A model generated the notes under the pieces. The model had not been told where the DNA came from. It saw nothing but the letters and a program-made list of their open reading frames with translations, and made no database searches. A program made the position numbers and the translations under genes. From an uncultured virus (IMG/VR IMGVR_UViG_2061766007_000583) (taxonomy: Duplodnaviria; Heunggongvirae; Uroviricota; Caudoviricetes), in the IMG/VR virus record IMGVR_UViG_2061766007_000583: DNA of 61,094 nt; one strand, written 5' to 3'. This document shows positions 39,703-50,051 of the stretch, piece after piece; position 1 is the stretch's first letter, and each line of letters begins with the position of its first letter.

Positions 39703-41352
39703 CTATCGCAAGTATGGAATATACTCGTCATAGTGTTTCACATATCCAACCCAAGCATTGAGGAGTGATACCATTCCATCAATCCTACGGTCTTTTTGTA
39801 TCTTTACCGGCTGAATACTTTCAATGCCGTCTTTATTCAAACTCTTAACTCCTGTATTGGCTAAACACCATCGGAGCAAGGGATTGTTATTGTAATTGAC
39901 TTTATGTTCTTGCAAGGCACAACCAAGCTCTTTCATTGGTTGAGTCCAGGTATAAGCACCTTGGGCAGTTTTCTCCATTTCGAATCCGTAGTCTTGCATT
40001 TCAACTTGCCAATAACCGGCTAATGCTCGGTCATAACAAATCCAAAGCGGTCGGATGTCGTATTTCTCAACCATTTCGACAAACCATTTGGTTACATTTC
40101 CATAATCAACTTGCGCTCCCTCGTTGATTTCTATCCAACCTTGTTCCGCCCAAAGCTTATAAGGAATGTGTTTCGCATCGGCTCCGAGTTCTTCATCAAG
40201 CTTCTTTTGAGGAATGAAATACTTCTGAAGAACAAACACTTCTTCTCGGTTGGGTTTCTTGATAATCAATGTCGCACAAGTAAGATCGTAAACGGATGAC
40301 AAATCACATCCGCCTATTGCGTAACTATGGGAAATTTCTTCCATAGTATAGGTTGATTCGTTAACCACCCATTCAAACGGCAACCATGTTGAAGAACCTG
40401 ATTGAGGAATATTGAAGTCCTTAACCAAAACTGTCGGCTTGAAAGAAGCATCATCCTTGGCTTTCTGTACCATTTCTCTTAAATAAGTTCTTGACTTGAT
40501 GGTATCTAAACCGGGATTGGCTTTTATCCAGGCATTTTCATCCGTCCATTCGTCAACTGAATCAAGCTCATATATAAAAGGAAGAAATCTCGGATTCTTG
40601 ACAGTTCCGTTTAAGACATTCGAAGCATATTCGTATTGAGCATCGAATATCGACTCCCTGACATATCCGTTTGTAGTAATACAAAAAAGGAGCGGTTGTT
40701 TTCTCGCTCCCATACTTTGCTTAATTAAATCGTATATATCTCGGTCTTTAATAGCCGCCAACTCGTCAATAATCGCCGCATGAGTATCTAAACCGTCAAG
40801 CGAATTGGAATTACTCGCCAAGGCTTTTATATATCCCATGTTGTAATAAAAGTACAAATCATTGACTCGCTTTTTGACGAGTGATGATAGTTGGGGACTT
40901 TGCTTAACCATCTTTAAAGCGGCATTGAAACCAAGCTTTGCCTGGTCTAACATAGTCGCCAAATTATAGATCTGTGGCGCACCCTCTTTGTCGTTAATCA
41001 AAAGGTCTAAAGCTACGGCTGAAGTCTCTGTTGTCTTGCCGTTCTTTCGTCCCTCGATTATAAGACACTCATTGTACTGCCTTAAATCGTTGTCATCAAC
41101 GAATCCGAACAATGCCTGAAGTCTTGCTCGTTGAAATAACTCCAGCTTCAAAGGCTTTCCAAGTTCTCCGCTTGGTTGTTTGCAAAACTTCTCGATAAAG
41201 TCTGTATGATGTTTGGCTATATCCTTGTCAAAGTGAAATTCATCCGGCGCAAGGTATCTCTCTATGAGAATCTCCGAAATTCTTTTCATTTTGTCACAGG
41301 CAATTATCTTGCCATCCAGGACCCCGCCAAAATATTTTTCAAAATCGTTCAT
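39703..41352 (-). CDS. Terminase large subunit (phage B)
   Basis: Walker A GRKNGKT, IIDELAA, ITTNG, WIKANP, GCDLS, RIDG. Confidence 0.95.
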   Translation of the reverse strand: MNDFEKYFGGVLDGKIIACDKMKRISEILIERYLAPDEFHFDKDIAKHHTDFIEKFCKQPSGELGKPLKLELFQRARLQALFGFVDDNDLRQYNECLIIEGRKNGKTTETSAVALDLLINDKEGAPQIYNLATMLDQAKLGFNAALKMVKQSPQLSSLVKKRVNDLYFYYNMGYIKALASNSNSLDGLDTHAAIIDELAAIKDRDIYDLIKQSMGARKQPLLFCITTNGYVRESIFDAQYEYASNVLNGTVKNPRFLPFIYELDSVDEWTDENAWIKANPGLDTIKSRTYLREMVQKAKDDASFKPTVLVKDFNIPQSGSSTWLPFEWVVNESTYTMEEISHSYAIGGCDLSSVYDLTCATLIIKKPNREEVFVLQKYFIPQKKLDEELGADAKHIPYKLWAEQGWIEINEGAQVDYGNVTKWFVEMVEKYDIRPLWICYDRALAGYWQVEMQDYGFEMEKTAQGAYTWTQPMKELGCALQEHKVNYNNNPLLRWCLANTGVKSLNKDGIESIQPVKIQKDRRIDGMVSLLNAWVGYVKHYDEYIPYLR

Positions 41353-41660
41353 TTAATGAACTCTAACACTTCATTAGAACCCGAAGTCCTTGCTTCTTTC
41401 GGTAAAAGGTCGGTTAAGTAACGAATTATCGTTCCATACTGCTTTTGAATCTGTAAGTAACTCGTCATGGCGGCAGTTTGCTTACTTCCGTACTGATAAT
41501 TCTCTGAAACTCCCTCTTTTTTGATGGTTTCTCTCAAAATTTTGAGCTGATCTTGCATGAAAAGCGCATCTTCTATCATGCCGGATGCGACTTTGAGAGA
41601 ATCTTCCGATAAAAGTGGAATAATTTCGTTAAGTTCGTGTGTTTTCGTGAATTTTTTCAT
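41349..41660 (-). CDS. Terminase small subunit (P27-like)
   Basis: 103 aa overlapping TerL start; LRETIKKEGV..Y...I..L..LLP pattern. Confidence 0.75.
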   Translation of the reverse strand: MKKFTKTHELNEIIPLLSEDSLKVASGMIEDALFMQDQLKILRETIKKEGVSENYQYGSKQTAAMTSYLQIQKQYGTIIRYLTDLLPKEARTSGSNEVLEFIK

Positions 41661-42387
41661 ATCTTTGTTTGTCTCCTTGAAAATATCCCCAAAAGGGGAC
41701 TAAAAAACTATTGTTCACAAAAAGGAAAGTCNNNNNNNNNNAAAGACAGAGTGATTATTCCTATAAGATTTCAACAGATAGTGTCAATACTCAAAGTGGT
41801 AATGCTTTGTTGGAAGTGTATGAGATTTAAGGAAGAAAATCAAATGAACAAAGCCGATATTGTTGCAATTCTCAAATGGGAAGAAATATGCGATAAGGAT
41901 AAAAAGAAACAAGCAGAAGAACAAAGGGAGAAAATATGATTAAAATAAACGGACAAACGGCTGGGATTAGGGTTTTTAACAATGTTGAAAGACACTATTT
42001 AGGTCAGTTAATTGACAGAGTAAATTCTTCAACAAATACAATTACTTCTTCGGGTTGCGATGGCTCGTTTTATGACTACCTTGCTTTTAATGGCATTAGT
42101 CCGAGTGANNNNNNNNNNNNNNNNNNNNGAGTGCGCCACAGGATGAACAACACGCATGGATTCAATATAACTTCCCTGCCACTAAAACTTATTGGTTTAA
42201 CAAAATAGCGATTAAGTGCTTTTCAAACTATGATTCGGCATGGGTAGGAGATATTAAAGTTCAAGGCTCATTAGATGGTCTAACATGGGAAAATCTTTTA
42301 ATTGGTGGCGATACCGTTGAAATAACAGCACCACTTCAAACTTTTGCAACGATAGAAATTCCTTTAAATGATACCGTTGAATATTCC

Positions 42388-42822
42388 ATGATTAGAATTT
42401 ACGGCATGGACGCTTTCACAGTTTACTATGCACCTTCTTTGTTTATTGATGAAATATATGTTTACGGTGGCGAGAGTTATGTTGGCGGTAATTGCACAAA
42501 GGCAGAAGGCACTTTCGTTTCTGCAAGTACACAGCATGGAATAGTTGATGTTGATTGTGGATTCAAACCTGATTTGCTCATGGTATTTTTACCTTTTGGC
42601 GATAATGATACGGTGGCTTTTTGGGAAAAAGACGCAAGTTGGGCGGAAACACACTCAATTTGGGAATTAGTGCCGGCTGAGGGCGTTGTTCTTTATAATG
42701 AGTTAGGAAGAACAACGGGCGAGACAGGTATTCAGCAGATCAACAATGACGGTTTTTCGTTTATGTCGCAAGCACAGAATACACAGGGAAAGACTTGTCG
42801 TTATGTTGCTATTAAATATTAA
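42388..42822 (+). CDS. Tail fibre-type protein fragment
   Basis: VDCGFKPD..YVAIKY C-domain; the gene probably starts upstream in gapped/frameshifted sequence. Confidence 0.45.
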   Translation: MIRIYGMDAFTVYYAPSLFIDEIYVYGGESYVGGNCTKAEGTFVSASTQHGIVDVDCGFKPDLLMVFLPFGDNDTVAFWEKDASWAETHSIWELVPAEGVVLYNELGRTTGETGIQQINNDGFSFMSQAQNTQGKTCRYVAIKY

Positions 42823-42833
42823 GGAGGTATGCA

Positions 42834-44110
42834 ATGTTACATGGTAGAACAAAAATAGAATTGTATAATCCGACAACGAAAGTTAAAGAAGTAATCCGTT
42901 CCGAGAATACTTTTCAAGGTTCCGTTATCGCAAAGGCATTAAGGGGGATGGGCGAGTCAAAGCAATCCCCTTATTTTAATAGTGATTTTGCTGATAGTCC
43001 TATATGGCAGAAAACGGTAGGCGGTATCTTACTGTTTAGAGATCAAGAGACCGCAGGCAATCAGTATATGACCGTCGGTAACAAAATGATAGGAAACGGA
43101 TCTTACGGAGTTGTTAACAATGGCGAACCAAATGAATTGGGTTCCTATAACTCACAAGAGAGTTCAGCTTCAGCAAGTGCTATTACGCAGGTCTATGACT
43201 TTTCAACGCAGCAGGCAAACGGAACAACGGGATGTGTTTGTTTAACTTCACAGACAGGCGGTTTTATCGGTTACGGTAACGNNNNNNNNNNAGAGACAAC
43301 GGAAACAATGTACTATTACAAGTACAATATCGCTAACGACACNNNNNNNNNNGGCTGGGGACTTAACAGAGATCAGAATACAAGCGTTCCCCCTATTGGC
43401 GGTTCTGGATTGACAGAAGCGCATATAATTGTTGGAAATATGAGTTATCGTTTTTCGGCATTAAACGGGGTTATATCGCTTACAAAAAGACGCGTTACAT
43501 TAACACAAGGAAGTATTTTCGATAGATTTGATAAAACACCTATTACTTTTGATTTAACAGAAATAGGAAATCATTTAAACGTAGATTCTCAAACACTCCA
43601 TGCGGTTTATGATGGCGGGTATATTTATATTCTTCCGGCAATTCAGCAGATATTGGAGACAACGGAAACAATGTACTATTACAAGTACAATATCGCTAAC
43701 GACACCATGACAGAGGAAAGTTTTACTAATACTTCCGAGAACAATATTTATCCTGCATGGTTGAAATTTTCGACAGTTGTTTTCTCTTTTTGTGTTTCAA
43801 ATGGAACGATGGCTTGTAGAACTATTGATGGTAATGTTGAAAAGATAGGCTTATTCAATTTGGCAAACGGAACACATATTGAAGATTTAGACCTCAATGG
43901 AAGCAATCAGAGATTTTTTGCTAAATTGGGAACAAATTTGTCTCTTGTTTCTTCTGCTAATATAAATCAAACAAACAATATATATGTTTACGATCACGAA
44001 TATAAGACTTTTCGACCTACAAATGGCGTAAACCTTTCAGGAGATCTTAACAATAGAGGTTATTATTACGAACCTACATTAGACGCCTTTGTTTGTTGTG
44101 GTACATTCGG
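42834..44110 (+). CDS. Minor tail protein (gapped, partial; orphan contig)
   Basis: RBS AAGGAGG; GGILLF..GSYN..YDFSTQQANG..VCLT. Confidence 0.5.
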
Positions 44111-44210
44111 NNNNNNNNNNATGAGGAATGGGAACTAAAATTATTATTATCTCGATAATCTTGGTTGTCATTATCTTGATTATTGATGATTTCAAAAACG
44201 GAGAACAAAA

Positions 44211-44525
44211 ATGAATATTTTAGAATGGTTAAGTTATTTTGGAGTTCCGACAGCTTTGTTCGGAGCCATGTTTGGTGTGTTCATTGCCAAGATGAAAAAA
44301 TACAAGGCAGAACAGGATGCCATTAAGAGTGGAATACAGGCTCTACTTCGAGCCGAAATGATTAAAAGTTATAACAAGTATAACGAGTTAGGATATGCTC
44401 CTATATATGCAAAAGAGAATTTTGAGAACATATACAAGAACTATCACTCGTTAGGATTAAACGGTGTCATGGATGGTATGCGTAAGACCTTTATGGAATT
44501 ACCGACAGAAAGGAGAGAGGAATAA
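44211..44525 (+). CDS. Membrane protein of the lysis cassette
   Basis: N-terminal TM helix, QALLR..YH.LG.NG; directly before holin. Confidence 0.55.
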   Translation: MNILEWLSYFGVPTALFGAMFGVFIAKMKKYKAEQDAIKSGIQALLRAEMIKSYNKYNELGYAPIYAKENFENIYKNYHSLGLNGVMDGMRKTFMELPTERREE

Positions 44526-44737
44526 TGATTTTTTCTGACAAAGTTTATAACATTTTGAAATGGATATGTATTATTTTCTTGCCTGCACTCGCAACATTAT
44601 GGTTTGCTCTTGGGAAGATTTGGGGATTTCCTTATCTTGCAGAAATTGAGGGAACTATTGTTGCAATAGACACTTTTCTTGGTGCCTTAATTGGTGTATC
44701 AACTCTTTCTTATAACAAGAAGATTGGGGGAAAATGA
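44525..44737 (+). CDS. Holin (Dp-1 family-like)
   Basis: SDKVYNILKW..LPALATL..WGFPY..TFLGALIGVS; two TM helices. Confidence 0.85.
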   Translation: MIFSDKVYNILKWICIIFLPALATLWFALGKIWGFPYLAEIEGTIVAIDTFLGALIGVSTLSYNKKIGGK

Positions 44738-44738
44738 A

Positions 44739-45599
44739 ATGGCAATCTCTAAAAATCCCAAAGTTATAATGACAGAAAGACAGTTTGTCGAGAGACTTAC
44801 TAAAATCAAGAATCGAAAGACCTTTTATAAGAATAAATATCCGTATAACCTTTGTTACATCAACAATGACGGAAGAACATCGGCTGATTGTGTTAATTTG
44901 GTTAAGGCTATTCTTAACGGATATGATGTTAATAATACCAAGGTTGGATATTATCAAAGAGATTTATCTAACACAGGAGATTGCACAGAAGCTGAACTTC
45001 TTGCTCAATGTACGGATGTTTCCACAGACTTTAACATTTTATCGTCTCATCCTGAAATTCTTTACATGAAAGGGCATATAGGGACTTATTTAGGATATAC
45101 AGTTGACGGAAAGTATAATGTTATTGAATGTACGAAGTCTTTTGGCGGTGGAGTAGTTTATTCATGGGTTGATTCCGATGGAACACGCAGACAACGAAAA
45201 GATGGATTAAAGAACGGAAAATGGAGCCATCATGGAAAAGCTTCTAAATGGGTTGAATACTCGAAAGAAGAAGCAAAGGAAGAAAAGAAAGCAGAACAGA
45301 AAGTGTATTTTGTTCATAAAGGCGATACACTTTCGTCAATAGCCAAAGCAAATGGAATGTCATTAGCTAAACTTCTTTCGTTTAATCCTCAAATAAGGAA
45401 CATCAACCTTATTAGTGTCGGTCAGGTTATTTATTTGTCCGATAAGACGATAGAAGAGTATTACACAGTTCAAAAGGGCGATACATTAAACTCTATCGCT
45501 AAAAAGTTCAACATAAGCTTGATTAAATTGTTAGGGTTGAATCCTGACATAAAAAATCCGAATCTCATCCATGTCGGAGATAAGATCAGAGTAAAATGA
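44739..45599 (+). CDS. Endolysin: NlpC/P60/CHAP-like peptidase plus two LysM domains
   Basis: ADCVNLVK..GHIG catalytic motifs; YFVHKGDTLSSIA and YTVQKGDTLNSIA. Confidence 0.85.
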   Translation: MAISKNPKVIMTERQFVERLTKIKNRKTFYKNKYPYNLCYINNDGRTSADCVNLVKAILNGYDVNNTKVGYYQRDLSNTGDCTEAELLAQCTDVSTDFNILSSHPEILYMKGHIGTYLGYTVDGKYNVIECTKSFGGGVVYSWVDSDGTRRQRKDGLKNGKWSHHGKASKWVEYSKEEAKEEKKAEQKVYFVHKGDTLSSIAKANGMSLAKLLSFNPQIRNINLISVGQVIYLSDKTIEEYYTVQKGDTLNSIAKKFNISLIKLLGLNPDIKNPNLIHVGDKIRVK

Positions 45600-45633
45600 C
45601 GGTGTGCGGGTTGATGCCCGCCGCCGTTTTTTT
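45599..45633 (+). terminator. Intrinsic terminator after endolysin
   Basis: ACGGTG-T-GCGGG..CCCGC-CGCCGT followed by T tract. Confidence 0.7.
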
Positions 45634-45870
45634 ATTGCCCTCGTGGGCAATTCATGGGCAATTTTTACACAATTTGTCATTGTTTTTACAATTTTAGGTT
45701 GTATTTTAGTGAAAATAAAAACCCTTGAAAGTGTTTATTTTCAAGGGCTTTGGCTTATTTTCAATATTCTTCAAAAACTGCCGGCGGCGGGACTTGAACT
45801 GTAAGAGTAAGTCATACAAACCTTGCAAATTCGATATTCTTTAAAATCTCATGGGCAAATATGGGCAATT
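45634..45870. other. attP: core identical in form to a tRNA 3' end, with arm-type repeats
   Basis: Minus strand 45779-45799 GTTCAAGTCCCGCCGCCGGCA = T-loop, T-stem, acceptor strand and discriminator A; TGGGCAA pairs at 45644-45661 and 45852-45868, inverted copy at 45634-45640. Confidence 0.8.
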
Positions 45871-46840
45871 ATAGCAAATTTCTGATTAAGTTTGATGCTT
45901 CACTCTTGGCAGAATCCATTGACATTGCGTGTTGATAAACTGATTTCATAATATTGCCGGTTGCCCATCCGCCCATCTCCTGAATCTGTTTATCTGTGAA
46001 TCCGTTCTCGTGAAGATAAGACGCAAAGAAATGTCTTAACTTGTGAAAAGGGAATCTCGGAATATCAAGAGACACCTGAACTCGTTGAAGTTTCCAATAC
46101 AAAGAATGAGGAGTACAAGGGCAAGCTCCGTCTTTCCTTATGAGTTCGGCTATATAGTCAGGCACTACAACAGTTCTTGTTGACTTATCTGTTTTCGTTG
46201 TGTGCTTCAATGTCCATACATTGTGCTTATCAAGGACTAATGCCTTATTGATGGTTAAGACATTACCGTTTAAATCTTCTTTGGTTAATGCACAGATTTC
46301 ACTTCTTCGAAGTCCGAGTGTTCCCAGGACAAAAGGAACTTCATATTTCGTTCCCTTTACTTCAGCGAGGATCCTCTTAATATCTTTTTCAGTTGGTATG
46401 TAATCTATCTTGATTTCCTTTGCCGGTAATGAGGGAGATTTAATCTCAAAGTCGAAAAACTTTAGCACAGACATTATAAATGCGCTTGTATTTCTTACGG
46501 TTTTAGGCTTGTATTGGCTCGAAAGTGAGTTAATGAGTATTTGTAGGGTTGAGTGATTTATTGAGCATATAGGCGCATTTAAGAAGCTATCAGGCAAGTG
46601 TCCGACAATAGAAGTATAACCTCTAATGGAAGAGGGAGAGAGGATGTTAGACTTTGATTCGATATAAGTCTCGGCGGCTCTTTTAAATGGTGTTGTATCG
46701 TTCACAATGCCAAGACGAGCTTCTATCAAATCCCTTGCTTCAGCTTTAGTCGGTTTATGATCTAAAGTAATCCTTGTCCTGATACCGTTTCTCATTTCCG
46801 ATATTCGATAATTTCCACTTGGGAGCTTTTCAACGGTCAT
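45869..46840 (-). CDS. int: Tyrosine integrase
   Basis: GLRRSEICAL, TKT, FHKLRHFFAS, MGGW, VYQH. Confidence 0.93.
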   Translation of the reverse strand: MTVEKLPSGNYRISEMRNGIRTRITLDHKPTKAEARDLIEARLGIVNDTTPFKRAAETYIESKSNILSPSSIRGYTSIVGHLPDSFLNAPICSINHSTLQILINSLSSQYKPKTVRNTSAFIMSVLKFFDFEIKSPSLPAKEIKIDYIPTEKDIKRILAEVKGTKYEVPFVLGTLGLRRSEICALTKEDLNGNVLTINKALVLDKHNVWTLKHTTKTDKSTRTVVVPDYIAELIRKDGACPCTPHSLYWKLQRVQVSLDIPRFPFHKLRHFFASYLHENGFTDKQIQEMGGWATGNIMKSVYQHAMSMDSAKSEASNLIRNLL

Positions 46841-46841
46841 G

Positions 46842-47291
46842 TTATTTCTCCTTTTGTTGTGATTCCAGGAAACTCTTTACCATTGTTTGTGCTTCAGGTG
46901 TTGCATTTTGGAACAGTTCAACAAACTTCTTTAGTTCTTCATACTTTCTTTTTGTATCGTTAAAGTCTTTCTGATTAAGTGCGAGTTCTCGAATATTATC
47001 TTCGCTTATTAAAAGAAAATCGAGTCTGTCTTTAGTCATTTTAGCTTCAAGTGTTCCGAGCGATTCCTTTGGAACATCCCATCCCATTAAATAACCGGGA
47101 CTAACATCGAGAGCATTTGCAAATTCGACTATTTTAGAACGAGACAAGTCTATACATCCGTTTTCTATGTGAGAAATCATTGTCTTGTCAGCATATCCGA
47201 CAAGCTTTGCCAATTCCGTTTGTGAAAGTCCTTTTTCTTTACGGATTTTTTTAATGTTTTTATATAGTGGCATATCAGAATACTTTCCCAT
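46842..47291 (-). CDS. CI-like XRE repressor
   Basis: NIKKIRKEKGLSQTELAKLVG..ISHIENG..LDVSPGYLMGW; RBS GGAG. Confidence 0.85.
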   Translation of the reverse strand: MGKYSDMPLYKNIKKIRKEKGLSQTELAKLVGYADKTMISHIENGCIDLSRSKIVEFANALDVSPGYLMGWDVPKESLGTLEAKMTKDRLDFLLISEDNIRELALNQKDFNDTKRKYEELKKFVELFQNATPEAQTMVKSFLESQQKEK

Positions 47292-47358
47292 AATACTGTC
47301 TCCTTTTTTCTTCATAATAACAAAAATTGTAATCCTATGCAACTTTTTTGTATTTATA

Positions 47359-47415
47359 GGTTGACACAAATTCGACCAAATGATATATTGATAAAGGGTT
47401 GAATATAAATCTACC
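47359..47415 (+). promoter_or_regulatory. Rightward early promoter overlapped by two operators
   Basis: TTGACA (47361)-17-TATATT (47384); GGTTGA-N7-TCGACC (47359-47377) and GGTTGA-N7-TCTACC (47397-47415); third site GTAGA-N7-TCTAC at 47641-47657. Confidence 0.65.
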
Positions 47416-47436
47416 AAATCAAAGAAAGGAGAAGAA

Positions 47437-47649
47437 ATGACAGACACTAAACTACTAAAGGAAATCATTGATGATAGCGGAATAACTATCACTTGGTTAG
47501 CCAAGAAAATCGGATGTTCTCGTCCCAGAGTGTACAACATCCTCAACGGTTACGATGTTACCGCCACAGAGATTATGGAAATCTCAAAGGCATTAAAGCT
47601 GACCGATGCAACGAGAAACAAGATTTTTTTTGCTCAAAAAGTAGAATGA
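47437..47649 (+). CDS. Cro-like HTH protein
   Basis: SGITITWLAKKIGCSRPRVYNILNG; divergent from repressor. Confidence 0.8.
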   Translation: MTDTKLLKEIIDDSGITITWLAKKIGCSRPRVYNILNGYDVTATEIMEISKALKLTDATRNKIFFAQKVE

Positions 47650-47671
47650 AAATCTACAAAGAGGATGAAAT

Positions 47672-47887
47672 ATGAAATTCAATTCATCGGACAGGACTTA
47701 CAAACAATTTAATAATTGGCTCCGAGGAGAACTCAAAGAGAAGAAGATCAAGCAAGAGGATGTTGCTTACAGATTAAATCTTACTCAACAGAGTATCTCC
47801 CAAAGGTTAAACGGAAAAGTCGATTGGACTTTGAGGGAAATCATCGTTGTATATGAAATGTTGGAGATTGAACATGAATGGATGTAA
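47672..47887 (+). CDS. XRE HTH protein
   Basis: KQEDVAYRLNLTQQSISQRLNG. Confidence 0.75.
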   Translation: MKFNSSDRTYKQFNNWLRGELKEKKIKQEDVAYRLNLTQQSISQRLNGKVDWTLREIIVVYEMLEIEHEWM

Positions 47888-47994
47888 AAAAGAAGTCCTG
47901 TACGGCAATACAGAACTTCAAGGAAGTGCTAAAAAGCAATCCAAAACTACGGATTCATTATAGCACTTCTTTCAACAAAAAGAAAGGAGAAACA

Positions 47995-48303
47995 ATGAGA
48001 AACGAAAATATCACAGACACAATCAAGATCGCTCTTACCAAATCGGAATCAGCTCGAAACAATGACAAAGAATTATATCTTATCGTCATGGAAACATTAT
48101 CTCCCGGCATTACAAAAGAAGAGTTCGGAGAAGTCATGCTCAAACTTAATGAACTTGGACTTCCTTGTTATGACACAGTTACCAGGTTAAGAAGAATGGT
48201 TCAAAGTGTACATCCTGAACTTCGAGCTTGTGATAAGGTTCAAGACTATCGTTCAGCCTTGGAAGAGAAATGCAGAAGAGAGTTTACAGGAGTTTCGACA
48301 TGA
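47995..48303 (+). CDS. Hypothetical protein
   Basis: RBS AAAGGAG; ARNNDKEL..VTRLRR. Confidence 0.55.
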   Translation: MRNENITDTIKIALTKSESARNNDKELYLIVMETLSPGITKEEFGEVMLKLNELGLPCYDTVTRLRRMVQSVHPELRACDKVQDYRSALEEKCRREFTGVST

Positions 48304-48806
48304 ATGACGGATTTATCAAACTGTTTCGTTCTTTGACTTCCTGGGAGTGGTACAAGGACGAAAACACAATGAGGGTTTTTATCCATTTGCTATTAAATGC
48401 AAATTGGGAAGATACCCGGTATCGAGGACATGAAGTTCCAAAAGGAAGTCTTGTATGTGGAAGAAAGGCAATCGCTGAAAGCCTTGGAATTTCGGAAAGG
48501 TCTGTAAGAACATCATTAAATCACTTAAAAACGACCAACGAAATAACCATCAAAACGACCAACAGATTTTCCATTATAAGCATTGTAAATTGGGAAAAGT
48601 TTCAGGGCATGGAAGAAAAAATGACCAACAAAATGACCAACAAGCCGTCACTCAACCGACCAACAAGTGACCAACAAGTGACCACATATAAAGAAATAAA
48701 GAATATAAGAAATAAAGAAGAGAAGAATAAGTTCAACCAATTCCAACAGACCGAATACGATTGGGATGAGATTAACAGACAGATTGGATATAAGAAAGGA
48801 GTATAA
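48300..48806 (+). CDS. Replication initiator (lambda O-like architecture)
   Basis: GFIKLFR..WEWY..FIHLLLNA, winged HTH, internal iterons. Confidence 0.8.
   Translation: MNDGFIKLFRSLTSWEWYKDENTMRVFIHLLLNANWEDTRYRGHEVPKGSLVCGRKAIAESLGISERSVRTSLNHLKTTNEITIKTTNRFSIISIVNWEKFQGMEEKMTNKMTNKPSLNRPTSDQQVTTYKEIKNIRNKEEKNKFNQFQQTEYDWDEINRQIGYKKGV
48533..48684 (+). repeat. Replication origin iterons
   Basis: Six GACCAAC copies (48533, 48557, 48623, 48635, 48658, 48669) plus GACCA at 48680, followed by an A-rich tract. Confidence 0.75.
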
Positions 48807-48959
48807 GCATGGACGAGAAAGAGATCTTACGAAGAATCAATGTGATTCTTGATTGCTATGAAGAGTCAGTTAAGGATGCCGGTTGCCAATGGGAGAGAGA
48901 TTGTGCAAAGGATGTGGCATTTAGACATATTTACGAACTTGTGAGAGGAGATAAGAAAA

Positions 48960-49334
48960 ATGAATAAAGTTATCCTTATGGGACGATTAACCAAAGATCC
49001 TGACATGAGAGGAGACGGAGACAGTAAAGCGGCTAAATACACTTTAGCAGTAGACAGAGCTTATAAGAAAGAGGAGACGGATTTTATCTCATGTGTGTCT
49101 TTCTCAAAACAAGCTGAATTTTGTGAGAAGTATCTCAAAAAGGGAACCAAGGTTTTAGTGTCAGGCAGAATACAGACCGGCTCTTATACAAACAAAGACG
49201 GACAGAAAGTATATACAACGGATGTAGTGACAGAGACTATTGAGTTCGCAGAGAGTAAGACGGAGAAGTCCGAGGGCAAGGATGAGGACTTTATGACAGT
49301 TACCAAGGAAATGGCAAAGGATATGCCGTTTTAG
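48960..49334 (+). CDS. ssb: Single-stranded DNA-binding protein
   Basis: MNKVILMGRLTKDP..GRIQTGSY..C-terminal DMPF. Confidence 0.95.
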   Translation: MNKVILMGRLTKDPDMRGDGDSKAAKYTLAVDRAYKKEETDFISCVSFSKQAEFCEKYLKKGTKVLVSGRIQTGSYTNKDGQKVYTTDVVTETIEFAESKTEKSEGKDEDFMTVTKEMAKDMPF

Positions 49335-49346
49335 AAAGGAGCTAAA

Positions 49347-50051
49347 ATGGAATTTAGATTATTAAAGGCTAATGAGATAGATTGCAGAATTGCCACTATT
49401 AAGAATAACGGACTTTCGTTATTGCTTTATAAGGATGCCAGGGTAGATCAGAATATCCTCGATGAAACAGTTGGGATTATGAATTGGGAAAGAAAGCATG
49501 AACTTATTGGAGAGAATCTTTATTGTACCGTTTCAATTTGGGATGAAGAAAAGCAGACCTGGATTAAGAAACAGGATGTAGGAACAGAATCCTATACAGA
49601 AAAAGAAAAAGGTCAGGCATCCGACTCATTCAAGAGAGCTTGTTTTAATTTCGGAATCGGAAGAGAGTTATATACCGCTCCGTTTATATGGATTCCGTCA
49701 ACACTTTGCACTATTACCGATGGAAAGTGTTATGACCGCTTTGAAGTAACGAAGATTGGCTATGACGAAGATAAGAACATTAACGAGCTTGTCATTGTCA
49801 ATTCCAAGACAAGAGTTAAGGTGTTTGACCTGAAAGCCAAGGAAGAGGAAATCTTCGAAGATTCCAAAATCAACGGAACCAAAGTCAAAGGTTTAAAAAA
49901 GACCTGTGCAGACGAGAAGATTCCAACAGAGTATGTTTGTGAGCTTTACGGAGTTAGTGAGTTAGGCGACTTAACAGAAGCCATGTTTCAGAACATAGTC
50001 GCTAATTGGGACAAATTAAAGGCAAAATACAATGAACGGAACAATAGTTGA
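49347..50051 (+). CDS. Rad52/Sak-like single-strand annealing protein
   Basis: YKDAR..LDETVG..NW..EKGQASDSFKRA..GIGRELY. Confidence 0.8.
   Translation: MEFRLLKANEIDCRIATIKNNGLSLLLYKDARVDQNILDETVGIMNWERKHELIGENLYCTVSIWDEEKQTWIKKQDVGTESYTEKEKGQASDSFKRACFNFGIGRELYTAPFIWIPSTLCTITDGKCYDRFEVTKIGYDEDKNINELVIVNSKTRVKVFDLKAKEEEIFEDSKINGTKVKGLKKTCADEKIPTEYVCELYGVSELGDLTEAMFQNIVANWDKLKAKYNERNNS

Noticed and set aside
43292..43342. Internal repeat or DGR-like TR/VR pair with 43655-43704
   Set aside because: Exact copy isolated between N gaps, no adenine-specific mismatches and no reverse transcriptase in the window
45779..45799. tRNA gene
   Set aside because: Only the 3' 21 nt are present; interpreted as attP core
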